From: Elusimicrobia bacterium GWB2_63_22
GTDB lineage: Bacteria; Elusimicrobiota; Elusimicrobia; Elusimicrobiales; UBA9959
Direction: 5' to 3'
DNA: 64,000 nt
Assembly (NCBI GenBank): GCA_001799735.1
Contig: MGUA01000006.1
Coordinates: forward strand, 13,733-77,732
In this document: one piece after another, positions 44,902-53,198 of the stretch
Position numbering within the stretch: the stretch's first letter is position 1
Layout of the letters: each line of letters opens with the position of its first letter
Translations under genes and position numbers: made by a program
The notes under the pieces: model-generated
The model's database searches: none
The model's input: the letters and a program-made list of their open reading frames with translations, nothing else
Told to the model about the DNA's origin: nothing

Positions 44902-44931
44902 ATATGACACCTGCCGGGCCAAAATGTTTCA
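44902..44931 (-). promoter_or_regulatory. ECF-type promoter motif, copy B (upstream of the sORF and sigma gene)
   Basis: Minus strand reads TGAAACATTTTGG-N8-GTGTCATAT, about 35 nt upstream of the sORF ATG and immediately downstream of the argF terminator. Confidence 0.6.
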
Positions 44932-44965
44932 GGGAAAAAGAAAACCGCCCTGCGGAGGGCGGTTT
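44932..44965 (-). terminator. Rho-independent terminator of argF
   Basis: 10-bp stem AAACCGCCCT / AGGGCGGTTT with loop GCGG. The minus strand continues with TCTTTTTCCC. Confidence 0.8.
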
Positions 44966-44987
44966 CTTTCTGGGGGCGGCTGACGGG

Positions 44988-45992
44988 TCAGGCGCCGAGG
45001 GTGGCCACCATGACGGCCTTGATGGTGTGCATGCGGTTCTCGGCCTGGTCGAAGGCGATGCAGGCCGGGGATTCGAACACTTCCTCGGTCACTTCTATGC
45101 CGTTCTTCAGGCCGAACTGCTCGCTCACCTGCGCGCCCACCTTGGTGTCGGCGTTATGGAAAGCCGGCAGGCAGTGCATGAACTTCACGTTCTTATTGCC
45201 GGATTTCTTCATGAGCGCAGGGGTTACCTGGTAGGGCTTGAGCAGCTTTATGCGCTCTGCCCACACTTCCTTGGCCTCACCCATGCTCACCCACACGTCG
45301 GTGTGGATGAAGTCCGCGCCCTTCACGGCGGCGGCCGCGTTGGCGGTCACGGTGATGCGCGCGCCGGAGACCTTGGCTATCTCCTGACACTGCGCTATCA
45401 GCGCGGCGTCGGGCTGCAGGCCCTTGGGCGCGCCTATGCGCACGTCCATGCCGAGTATTGAACCGATCACCAGGAGCGAGCGGCCCATGTTAAAGCGCGC
45501 GTCACCCACGTAGGCGTAGGAGATCTTCTCGAGGGGCTTGGAGCAGTGCTCGGTCATGGTCAGCACGTCGGCCAGCATCTGCGTGGGGTGCCATTCGTTT
45601 GTCAGGCCGTTCCACACCGGCACGCCGGCGTACTTGGCCAGCTCTTCCACGATCGCCTGGCCGAAGCCGCGGTATTCAATGCCGTCGTACATGCGGCCCA
45701 GAACACGGGCGGTGTCCTTAACGGTTTCCTTGTGGCCCATCTGGGAGCCGGAGGGCTCCAGGTAGGTCACGTGCGCGCCCTGGTCGTGCGCGGCCACTTC
45801 GAAAGCGCAGCGGGTGCGGGTGGAGGTCTTCTCGAAAATGAGGGCGATGTTCTTGCCGGTGAGGCGCTGCTGTTCGGTGCCGGCATACTTGGCGTTCTTA
45901 AGATCTTTGGACAGTTTAAGCAGGAAAGTCAGTTCCTGTTTGGTGAAGTCCAGTTCCTTGAGGAAATGCCTGTTGCGAAGATTGAATCCCAT
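44988..45992 (-). CDS. argF: Ornithine carbamoyltransferase
   Basis: Start set to the ATG at 45992 (AGGAGA SD). Motifs [13 protein letters not shown] and HCLPAFH. Anabolic versus catabolic role cannot be decided from sequence. Confidence 0.9.
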   Translation of the reverse strand: MGFNLRNRHFLKELDFTKQELTFLLKLSKDLKNAKYAGTEQQRLTGKNIALIFEKTSTRTRCAFEVAAHDQGAHVTYLEPSGSQMGHKETVKDTARVLGRMYDGIEYRGFGQAIVEELAKYAGVPVWNGLTNEWHPTQMLADVLTMTEHCSKPLEKISYAYVGDARFNMGRSLLVIGSILGMDVRIGAPKGLQPDAALIAQCQEIAKVSGARITVTANAAAAVKGADFIHTDVWVSMGEAKEVWAERIKLLKPYQVTPALMKKSGNKNVKFMHCLPAFHNADTKVGAQVSEQFGLKNGIEVTEEVFESPACIAFDQAENRMHTIKAVMVATLGA

Positions 45993-46065
45993 TTTAGTCT
46001 CCTTGGATGAAAGCAAAATTATGGCGCTCGCCCGACCTGAATATTATACTCTTTTGGGCCCCCGC

Positions 46066-46095
46066 CAATAAAAAACCGCCTCTCTCAAGGCGGTT
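46066..46095 (-). terminator. Rho-independent terminator of argS
   Basis: Stem AACCGCCT / AGGCGGTT with a 6-nt loop. The minus strand continues with TTTTTTATT. Confidence 0.8.
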
Positions 46096-46118
46096 CTTCA
46101 TCCGGGACGCGCGGGTCT

Positions 46119-47726
46119 TTACATCCGCTCCGGGGCGGAGACGCCCAGCAGGCCGAGGCCCCTGGCTATCACGCCCTGCACCCGCTTGAGCAGGAACAGC
46201 CGGAACGCGGTGGTTTCCTTGTGCTCCGGGTCCAGCACTTTGTTGCGGTCGTAGAACGAATGGAAGCTCGCCGCCAGCTCGGTGAGGTAAGTGGTCAGGT
46301 GGTGGGGGGACTGGTCGCGGGCGCAGTCGGCCAGCGCCTTCTCCATCCACAGCAGCTTCAGCATCAGGGCGCGCTCGTCGGGATTGATAACGGTCTTGGC
46401 CTCTTCGAAGCCCGCGGCCGGGTCCACGCCCTTGGCGGCCGCGTTGTCGAAGATGGACGCGATGCGCGCGTGCACGTACTGCACGTAGTACACCGGGTTG
46501 TCGTTGGACTTCTTCTTGGCCAGTTCCACGTCGAAGTTCATGTGGGCGTTGGGCCCGCGCGCGGCGAAGAAGAAGCGGCAGGCGTCGCGGCCCACGTCGT
46601 CGAGCAGCTCTTTGAGCGAGATAAAATCTCCGGCGCGCTTGGACATCTTCACCACTTCGGTGCCGCGCAGCAGCGCCACCTGCTGGTGGATGATCACCTT
46701 GAAGGAGCCCAGGCCCTTGCCCAACGCGCCCACGGCCGCCTCCAGCCGCGGCACGTAGCCGTGGTGGTCGGCGCCCCAGATGTCCACCAGGCGGTTGAAG
46801 CCACGGGAGAACTTGTTGAGGTGGTAGGCGATGTCGTTGAGGAAATAGGTGTTGCGGCCGTCGGATTTGACCAGCACGCGGTCTTTGTCGTCGGAGGAAA
46901 GCTCTGAGGCGGCGCCGAACCAGGTGGCCCCCTCTTTCTCGTAGGCCATGCCCTTCTCTTTCAGGGTGGCCAGCGCCTTGGCGGGGGCCCCGGCCGCGTG
47001 CAGCTCGGACTCCAGGAACCAGCGGTCGAACTCCACGCCGAAGGCCGCCATGTCGGTCTTGTGCAGCTTTAGCATCTCGGCCACGGCGTATTCGGAAAAC
47101 TGTGTTTCGCTCCAGCCGGTGGCCGTAGGCGGCAGCGCGGCGGCCATGTCTTTCAGATAATCGCCCTGGTAGCCGTCCTTCGGGGGCTCCTGGTCCTCAA
47201 AACGCGCCCGCAGCGAGCGGCCCAGCAGTTCCACCTGCCGGCCCACGTTGTTGACGTAAAATTCGGTGGTCACTTCGGCGCCCAGCGCGCGCCAGATCCG
47301 GGCCAGGCTGTCGCCCAGCGTGGCGCCGCGGCCGCTGGCCAGGTGCATGGGGCCGGTGGGGTTGGCAGAAACGAACTCCAGGTTGATCTTCTCGCCGGCG
47401 AATTCCGGGCGGTTAAAGCAGCCGGGCTTGTCCAGCTCCCGCACGGCGGCGAACAGGAAAGCGTCGGGGAACTTCACGTTCACAAAGCCGGGGGGCACGG
47501 CCTGGGGGTCGAACTCGGCGCCCAGCGCGGCCTTGAGCTCCTCGGCGATAACGAGCGGCGGTTTCTTGAGCAGCCGGGCCCCGGCGATAGGCCAGGAGAT
47601 GGAGGCGTCGGCCTTGATGTGCGGCGGCGGCGCGGCCAGGCAGAAGGCGGCCGCGGCGGCGTCGTCCAGGGAAAAGGCCGCCTTAGCGCGGCTTTTAAGG
47701 TCGGCTTCGAGCGTGGAGATCTTCAT
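46119..47726 (-). CDS. argS: Arginine--tRNA ligase
   Basis: Class I synthetase. SANPTGPMHLASGRG (HIGH-type region), MSKR (KMSKS-type) and a C-terminal DALR anticodon-binding pattern. Confidence 0.93.
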   Translation of the reverse strand: MKISTLEADLKSRAKAAFSLDDAAAAAFCLAAPPPHIKADASISWPIAGARLLKKPPLVIAEELKAALGAEFDPQAVPPGFVNVKFPDAFLFAAVRELDKPGCFNRPEFAGEKINLEFVSANPTGPMHLASGRGATLGDSLARIWRALGAEVTTEFYVNNVGRQVELLGRSLRARFEDQEPPKDGYQGDYLKDMAAALPPTATGWSETQFSEYAVAEMLKLHKTDMAAFGVEFDRWFLESELHAAGAPAKALATLKEKGMAYEKEGATWFGAASELSSDDKDRVLVKSDGRNTYFLNDIAYHLNKFSRGFNRLVDIWGADHHGYVPRLEAAVGALGKGLGSFKVIIHQQVALLRGTEVVKMSKRAGDFISLKELLDDVGRDACRFFFAARGPNAHMNFDVELAKKKSNDNPVYYVQYVHARIASIFDNAAAKGVDPAAGFEEAKTVINPDERALMLKLLWMEKALADCARDQSPHHLTTYLTELAASFHSFYDRNKVLDPEHKETTAFRLFLLKRVQGVIARGLGLLGVSAPERM

Positions 47727-48320
47727 TTATTTCTTCTTCGAAACCTTTTTAGCGGGCTTCTTTTTGGGCGCGGCTTTCTTTGCCGGCTTCGCTTTCTTGG
47801 CCGCGGCTTTCTTGGGCGCGGCCTTCTTAACGACGGCCTTTTTAGCGGGCTTGGCTTTTTTCACGGCCGGCTTTTTGGCGGCCGGGGCTTTCTTGGCGGG
47901 AGATTTTTTCGGGGCGGGCGCGGGGGCCGGCGCAGGGGCGGGCGCGGCCGCAACGGCGGGCGCCTCCTCCCAGGCTATCGGCTTGCAGGCGGAGTAGACT
48001 TTCTCTATGGCGTAGAATTCCGCGGCTTTCTGATCGTAAATATGGACCAGTACCCCGCCGTAGTCCAGCACTTTCCAGTTCTTGGAACGCATGCCGTCCT
48101 TGTGCAGGCAGTAGATCCCCTGGTGCTTGAGCTGCACCAGGATCTCCTCTTCCACCGCGTCCAGCTGCGGCGCGGATTCCACGCCCAGCAGCACGGCGTA
48201 GTCGGCCAGCGGGGATTTGCCGGCCAGGTCGAATACGATCACGGGGTCGGCTTTCTTGGCGTCGCCGGCACGGGCGGCCTCGAAGGCGAGTTTCTTAAAG
48301 CTGCTCTTGGAATTGGTCAT
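47727..48320 (-). CDS. rsfS: Ribosome silencing factor RsfS fused to a C-terminal Lys/Ala/Pro-rich tail of about 78 aa (histone H1-like)
   Basis: RsfS core: VIVFDLAGKSPLADYAVLLGVES..VLDYGGVLVHIYDQKAAEFYAIEKVY. Then APAPAPAPAPAPKKSPAKKAPAAKKPAVKKAKPAKK...KKK. The stop directly abuts the argS ATG. Confidence 0.85.
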   Translation of the reverse strand: MTNSKSSFKKLAFEAARAGDAKKADPVIVFDLAGKSPLADYAVLLGVESAPQLDAVEEEILVQLKHQGIYCLHKDGMRSKNWKVLDYGGVLVHIYDQKAAEFYAIEKVYSACKPIAWEEAPAVAAAPAPAPAPAPAPKKSPAKKAPAAKKPAVKKAKPAKKAVVKKAAPKKAAAKKAKPAKKAAPKKKPAKKVSKKK

Positions 48321-49201
48321 ATGGTATTTTTGGTCTTCCTCAGCTGGGCCAGCATCGCGGCCTCGGCCTGGTGCTCTATATTTATCATAGCGGAACCCGC
48401 TATAGAGGATATTGTATTAAATATGGTGGCGAGGTTGTTTTTCTCCACCGAGGAAAGCTTCTCGGAACGCTCGAAGACCGCGCAGGCCAGCCGCCGGCCC
48501 TCGGCCGAACACTCCAGCACGTAGCGGTTGTCGCCGTCCCAGCCGTTCTGCGGCCTGGTCGGCAGCTGCGGGGGTACTCCCTTGAACATCTCCCTGGCGT
48601 ATACTTCCTCGTATTCCTCGTTGAAGATGTTGTAGGTGTAGGCCCTGACGTTCCACTCGCCTTCCAGGTAGATGCGCATCTCGGTCATCACCGCGGCCAG
48701 GAACTCGGCCGGGGACTTATGCTGCGCCAGCAGCAGGCGGCTCAGGTCGAACAGCATGGTGAGCTCGCTGGAGGTGTGCTGCAGGCGGCGGAACACCGTG
48801 CGCATGATCGCGCTGAAAATGCTGATGCCGGTCTCCGGGTGCTCCTTGATGAAGGCGAAGAACTGGGTCCTGCCCACCTCGAACAGCGCGGCGTCGGCGG
48901 AGGCCCGGGCCTGAGCGAAACGCGCCTGGCCCTCCTCCAGCACGGCCATCTCGCCGAAGAAGTCGCCGGCCGAGAGGATGGCCAGCGTCTTGAATTCGCG
49001 GCCTTCCTCGTCCAGCGCTTTTTCTATGACCACCTCGCCGTTCACCAGGATATAGAGGGTGTCGCCGGTGCTTTTTTCCTTGAAGATCACGTCCCCCGCC
49101 CCGTAGGAAGTCTGCTTGAAATAACCCGAGAATTCCGCCAGCATGCTCTCCGACAGGTTGCGGAACAGGGGGATCTCTTTCAATTTGGCCGTATCTGACA
49201 T
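48317..49201 (-). CDS. Cyclic-nucleotide-binding-domain protein with an uncharacterised C-terminal domain
   Basis: cNMP-binding pattern: IPLFRNLS...GDVIFKEKSTGDTLYILVNGEVVI...GDFFGEMAVL. ATGA overlap with the rsfS start. Confidence 0.75.
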   Translation of the reverse strand: MSDTAKLKEIPLFRNLSESMLAEFSGYFKQTSYGAGDVIFKEKSTGDTLYILVNGEVVIEKALDEEGREFKTLAILSAGDFFGEMAVLEEGQARFAQARASADAALFEVGRTQFFAFIKEHPETGISIFSAIMRTVFRRLQHTSSELTMLFDLSRLLLAQHKSPAEFLAAVMTEMRIYLEGEWNVRAYTYNIFNEEYEEVYAREMFKGVPPQLPTRPQNGWDGDNRYVLECSAEGRRLACAVFERSEKLSSVEKNNLATIFNTISSIAGSAMINIEHQAEAAMLAQLRKTKNTI

Positions 49202-49247
49202 ATCGCCTCCGGTAAAGTTCCCGAAAGGGCCCGCGCCCGGGGTAAAA

Positions 49248-50333
49248 CTACAGCGCCGCGCCGACCCCGCCGCCGCCGCAGAGCTTGCGCATGGCCTCGG
49301 GGTCGTGGGCCTTGGCGGCCGCCACGTCCATGTCCACCAGGTTTTGCTTTACCAGCATGGCCAGGGCCCTGTCCATCGGCATCATGCCGTACTTGGCGCC
49401 GGTCTCTATGGCGGAGTAGATCATGTGCGTCTTGCCCTCGCGGATGAGGTTCTGGATGGCGGGCGTCATCACCATGATCTCGCGGGCGGCCACGCGGCCC
49501 TTGCCGTCCTTGCGCGGCAGCAGGATCTGCGAGACCACGCCCTGCAGCGAGGCGGCCAGCTGCACGCGCACCTGCGTCTGCTGGTGCGGGGGGAACACGT
49601 CGATGATGCGGTCCACGGTGGACGGCGCGTCCTGCGTGTGCAGGGTGGCGAACGTCAGGTGGCCGGTCTCGGCGGCGGTGATGGTCAGCTGGATGGTCTC
49701 CAGGTCGCGCATTTCGCCCACCAGGATGACGTTGGGGTCCTCGCGCAGGGCCGCCCTGAGCGCGTTATTGAACGAGCGGGTGTGCTGGCCGATCTCGCGC
49801 TGGCGCACCACGCAGGCCTGCGGCTCGTAGGTGAACTCTATCGGGTCCTCGACGGTGAGGATATGCCCCTTGCGCTGGATGTTGATCTGGTTGATCAGCG
49901 CGGCCAGCGTGGTGGATTTGCCGGAACCCGTCGGGCCGGTCACCAGGATGAGGCCCTTGGGGATCTTGGAGAAATTCACTATCGTCGGCGGCAGCCCGAG
50001 CTCCTCGGGGGTGGGGATCTTGGACGGGATGACGCGCATCACGGCTTCCACGCCGTTGCGGGCCACCAGCACGTTGAGGCGGAAGCGGGACACGCCGGTC
50101 ACCGCGAAAGAGCAGTCCAGCTCCCAGTCCTTCTCCAGCTTGGCGCGCTGCTCGTCGTAAAGGGTGGAGTAGATGAGCGTCTTGGTATTCTCGGCGCTGA
50201 GCGGCGGCACGCCGTCCATCACCGGGATGATCTCGCCGTTAAGGCGCATCATCGGCGGCTTGTTGACGCAGATGTGAATATCGCTGGACCCCTTCTGCAC
50301 GGCGGTCCGCAGGATGGTAACCATGTCTATCAT
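49248..50333 (-). CDS. pilT: Type IV pilus retraction ATPase PilT family
   Basis: N-terminal SDIHI. Walker A GPTGSGKSTT, Asp box, Walker B ILVGEMRD, His box TGHLTFATLHT. Confidence 0.88.
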   Translation of the reverse strand: MIDMVTILRTAVQKGSSDIHICVNKPPMMRLNGEIIPVMDGVPPLSAENTKTLIYSTLYDEQRAKLEKDWELDCSFAVTGVSRFRLNVLVARNGVEAVMRVIPSKIPTPEELGLPPTIVNFSKIPKGLILVTGPTGSGKSTTLAALINQINIQRKGHILTVEDPIEFTYEPQACVVRQREIGQHTRSFNNALRAALREDPNVILVGEMRDLETIQLTITAAETGHLTFATLHTQDAPSTVDRIIDVFPPHQQTQVRVQLAASLQGVVSQILLPRKDGKGRVAAREIMVMTPAIQNLIREGKTHMIYSAIETGAKYGMMPMDRALAMLVKQNLVDMDVAAAKAHDPEAMRKLCGGGGVGAAL

Positions 50334-50345
50334 TTAAGCCTCCCC

Positions 50346-51203
50346 TTACTTTTCCAGTATCGCCGGGTCGAAATCTTCGCCCAGTATCACCACCGCGCCG
50401 GCCACGCTTTTTTGCGAGGGCCGCACGCGGATCTCCAGCTCTTCCAGGCCGAGCGCGGCCCGCAGCTCCAGCGCGGCGGCCGTATTTTCGGAAAAGCCCA
50501 GTATCCTGGTCTGCCGCTCCCTCCTGGCGTAGGAGGCGGCGGTCAGCACGTCGAAGCCGCGGGCGCGCAGGTACTTGGCGGCCTTGGCCGCCAGGTCTTT
50601 TTTGCCCGAGGCGTTGAACACCTCCACGCGCGGCGCGGGACCGCGCGCCTCGGCGGCCTCGCCCGGCTCTTCAGGCTTGCGCTGGGCCTCGGTCAGGATG
50701 AAATTGGACGCGGTAAGCTGGGAAAATTCGGAAAAAAGGGTGAACAGGTCGAAGGCGGAAAGGTTGGTGGCGCCCGCAGCCCTGAGGCCGTAAACCCAGC
50801 GGGCGGCGGAAAAAAAGAGCCGCGGCTCGGCGCGCCAGTTGTTAAGCGTCCCCCACAGCACATCCAGGTCCGGCGCGGTGGAGAGGGCGACAAAGAAAAC
50901 GTCCTCCTGCCGGGCCTCCTCACTGGCGCCCGCGGAGACGGCCAGGGCCGAGGCCCGCTGCCAGCCGGAAGCCCCTCTTTTAGCCTTGGAGTGGGAGAAG
51001 GTGAAGGCGTTGACCGTACCGGAGAAAGGGTGGTAGGCCAGCAGGATGGAGGAGCGCTCGCCCAGCAGCGCCACGCGCACGTCGCGGCCGGCCATGACCG
51101 CCCCGGAAAGGGGCGAGAAATACTGCGCCGCGGCCAGGGCCAGCGCCGCCGCGACCCCAAGGGCCAGCATTATTCTTTCTTTTTTTCCTGAAGACTGTTC
51201 CAT
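50346..51203 (-). CDS. Membrane-anchored LytR_C (LytR/CpsA/Psr C-terminal) domain protein
   Basis: N-terminal anchor KKERIMLALGVAAALALAAA. C-terminal VEVFNASGKKDLAAKAAKYLRARGFDV pattern. An alternative start at 51170 (TAATG with the upstream stop) cannot be excluded. Confidence 0.65.
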   Translation of the reverse strand: MEQSSGKKERIMLALGVAAALALAAAQYFSPLSGAVMAGRDVRVALLGERSSILLAYHPFSGTVNAFTFSHSKAKRGASGWQRASALAVSAGASEEARQEDVFFVALSTAPDLDVLWGTLNNWRAEPRLFFSAARWVYGLRAAGATNLSAFDLFTLFSEFSQLTASNFILTEAQRKPEEPGEAAEARGPAPRVEVFNASGKKDLAAKAAKYLRARGFDVLTAASYARRERQTRILGFSENTAAALELRAALGLEELEIRVRPSQKSVAGAVVILGEDFDPAILEK

Positions 51204-52324
51204 AGCGCGACGCTCAGGGGGTGCACCCAGCCGTCCCCCGAAAATGCATAGACAAGTTTAACATAATTGGCCGCGAGGAACGCGGCCCCGAGATCTTCCC
51301 GCGCCAGGGCGCGCACCCGGCCCGCGGCCGGGAAAGTCCTGCCCTGGTTGGCCAGATCGCAGAGATAGACCAGGCGGGCCAGCGGCCCCATGCCGGGCGC
51401 GCCCGTGGCGTGCAGGGCCGCGGCTTCCAGCACTTCAGCGTCCCTGACGCCGAACCGGGACCGGGCGAGGGCCGCTCCGGCCCAGGCGTGCAGCAGCACC
51501 GGGGCCTTGGCCGCGGTTTCCCGCAGCGCGGCCTCCCGCGGGCCCCTGGCCAGCCGGGCCATGGCGGCGGGCGGCAGGTCCCTGGCGCAGTCGTGCAGCA
51601 GCGCGGCCAGCGCGGCCTTCTGCTGCGGCACGCCGGCCGCGGGCGCCAGGGCCACGGCCAGGCGGGCCGTCTCCACCGAATGGGCGAAGCGCGCCGGGGT
51701 GAGCAGGGTTTTAAGCAGCGCCCTCTCGCGCCCGAGGTAAAGCCCTTTCTTTTTTATGAGCCCCAGCACTCCCGGGAAGATCTGCGCCGGCTTCGCCCCC
51801 AGGAAAAGTTCTCCGCGGATGTCGCTTGACGCGGCCTGCGGGAAGCGGCCCTTCAGCGCCGTAAAGGGGACCGCGCCGCTTTTTTTTAAAGAGTAGCCGG
51901 GCCGCAGGCCGGCCAAGAGGCGGGCCTTCCTTAATATCTCCCCGCTGCGCCGCCAGCCCCGGAAACCGGCCAGGCAGTCGGAACCCAGCAGGAAATATAT
52001 GGGGGCGCCCGGGTGCAGCCGGCGGAAATGGGCGACGGTCTCCCAGGTGTAGACCACCCGGCCCAGCCCGGCCTCGAAAGAACTTATCTTTATCTCCCGC
52101 CTGCCGGCCAGGCCGGCCGCGGCCAGGGCCGCCTTCAGCATGGCGGCCCGCTCGCGGAAGGGCACCGGCCTCAGGTCCTTGAAAGGCGTATGAAAACCGG
52201 GGACGAAATAGAGCGCCTCGGGCGCCAGCTGGCGCAGGGCCGCCGCGGCCAGCGCCGTATGCCCTTTATGCGGGGGGTCGAAGCTGCCCCCGTAGATGAT
52301 GACCGGCTTTTTTTTATCAGCCAT
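51170..52324 (-). CDS. nadD: Fusion of nicotinate-nucleotide adenylyltransferase (NadD) and a YqeK-type HD-domain phosphohydrolase
   Basis: The N-terminal half has GGSFDPPHKGH (HxGH nucleotidyltransferase). The C-terminal half has an HD domain (FAHSVETARLA...ALLHDCARD). Confidence 0.85.
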   Translation of the reverse strand: MADKKKPVIIYGGSFDPPHKGHTALAAAALRQLAPEALYFVPGFHTPFKDLRPVPFRERAAMLKAALAAAGLAGRREIKISSFEAGLGRVVYTWETVAHFRRLHPGAPIYFLLGSDCLAGFRGWRRSGEILRKARLLAGLRPGYSLKKSGAVPFTALKGRFPQAASSDIRGELFLGAKPAQIFPGVLGLIKKKGLYLGRERALLKTLLTPARFAHSVETARLAVALAPAAGVPQQKAALAALLHDCARDLPPAAMARLARGPREAALRETAAKAPVLLHAWAGAALARSRFGVRDAEVLEAAALHATGAPGMGPLARLVYLCDLANQGRTFPAAGRVRALAREDLGAAFLAANYVKLVYAFSGDGWVHPLSVALWNSLQEKKKE

Positions 52325-52385
52325 ATGAGCCGCCTGTTATAAGTAGTATAATATACTTTAATTACTCTGTAAAAAGTACCGAACT

Positions 52386-53126
52386 ATGGCAAAACGCGAC
52401 AACTGCATAATACTCCTTGTGGACGCCCCCGAGGCCGGAAAAATAAACCCGGAACTCAAGACCGCTTTCGGCCCCGAGAGGGCCGTGCACATCAACGGGG
52501 ACCTGCTCTCCTCGGCCTACCGGCTGGCAAAAAGCTTCAGCGAGGCCATCGTCATCCTTTCCTATGAGAAGACCCCGAAGCACCCGGACCTGACCTGGCT
52601 GGACCAGGAAGATCCCGGTTTCCTGGAAGTCAAGAACCGCACCTGGGAAGAGCGGGCCCAGGACGCTTTCCAGCTGGCCTTCTTCACCGGCGCCAAAAAA
52701 GCGGTGCTGCTCAACCACCTTTCCCCCGACGTAAAAAAAGAATGGCTGCACCAGGCCTTCGACGCCGTCAACGACAAGACCGTGGCGGTCGGCCCCAACC
52801 AGGACGGCTCCTTCTGCCTCCTGGGCATGACCCAGCAGAACGCCCGCATCCTGGAGACGCACGGTTTCTCCGTCGGCAAGTCCGCCGAGAACCTCTCCGA
52901 GAGGGCCAAGAAGAACAAGCTTTCGGTTTTCAGCACGCCCGAGACCTATTCGGTGGCGAGCGAGGAAAACCTGCTGAAATGGATGGAGTCGAAGGAAGGC
53001 CTTCCGCCGCTGTTCCACCAGCCGGAACCGGCGCACGCCCCGGCCGAGCACAAGAAGCACCATAAGCGCCACAGCAGGTCAGGCGAGATCCCGGTGCAGC
53101 CGCCCCCGGAAAAACCGCCCCTCTGA
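52386..53126 (+). CDS. DUF2064-like (GT-A-like nucleotidyl/glycosyltransferase fold) protein with a basic C-terminal tail
   Basis: N-terminal CIILLVDAPEAGKINPELK resembles the DUF2064 motif (..KaPvpGkVKTRL..). This is a weak, by-eye assignment. Confidence 0.45.
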   Translation: MAKRDNCIILLVDAPEAGKINPELKTAFGPERAVHINGDLLSSAYRLAKSFSEAIVILSYEKTPKHPDLTWLDQEDPGFLEVKNRTWEERAQDAFQLAFFTGAKKAVLLNHLSPDVKKEWLHQAFDAVNDKTVAVGPNQDGSFCLLGMTQQNARILETHGFSVGKSAENLSERAKKNKLSVFSTPETYSVASEENLLKWMESKEGLPPLFHQPEPAHAPAEHKKHHKRHSRSGEIPVQPPPEKPPL

Positions 53127-53198
53127 AACCGCAGCGATCTTTAAATCAGAACATGCCTCCCCGGCCCGCGCCGGGGACCGGCCTTTTACGGGGAGAAA

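Noticed and set aside
44728-44922. 64-aa minus-strand ORF overlapping the sigma upstream region
   Set aside because: It would start upstream of the predicted -10 element and overlap the sigma start out of frame, and its product is Arg/Gly-rich. The 40-codon ORF in the other frame has an SD and coding-like codon usage.
49248-50333. pilT as a marker of a type IV pilus gene cluster
   Set aside because: No pilB, pilC, pilM-Q or pilin genes are adjacent. It is treated as a lone retraction-ATPase paralog inside a housekeeping operon.
49143-51191. 682-aa plus-strand ORF
   Set aside because: It is antisense to pilT (which has Walker A/B, Asp and His boxes) and the LytR_C gene. It is a shadow ORF.
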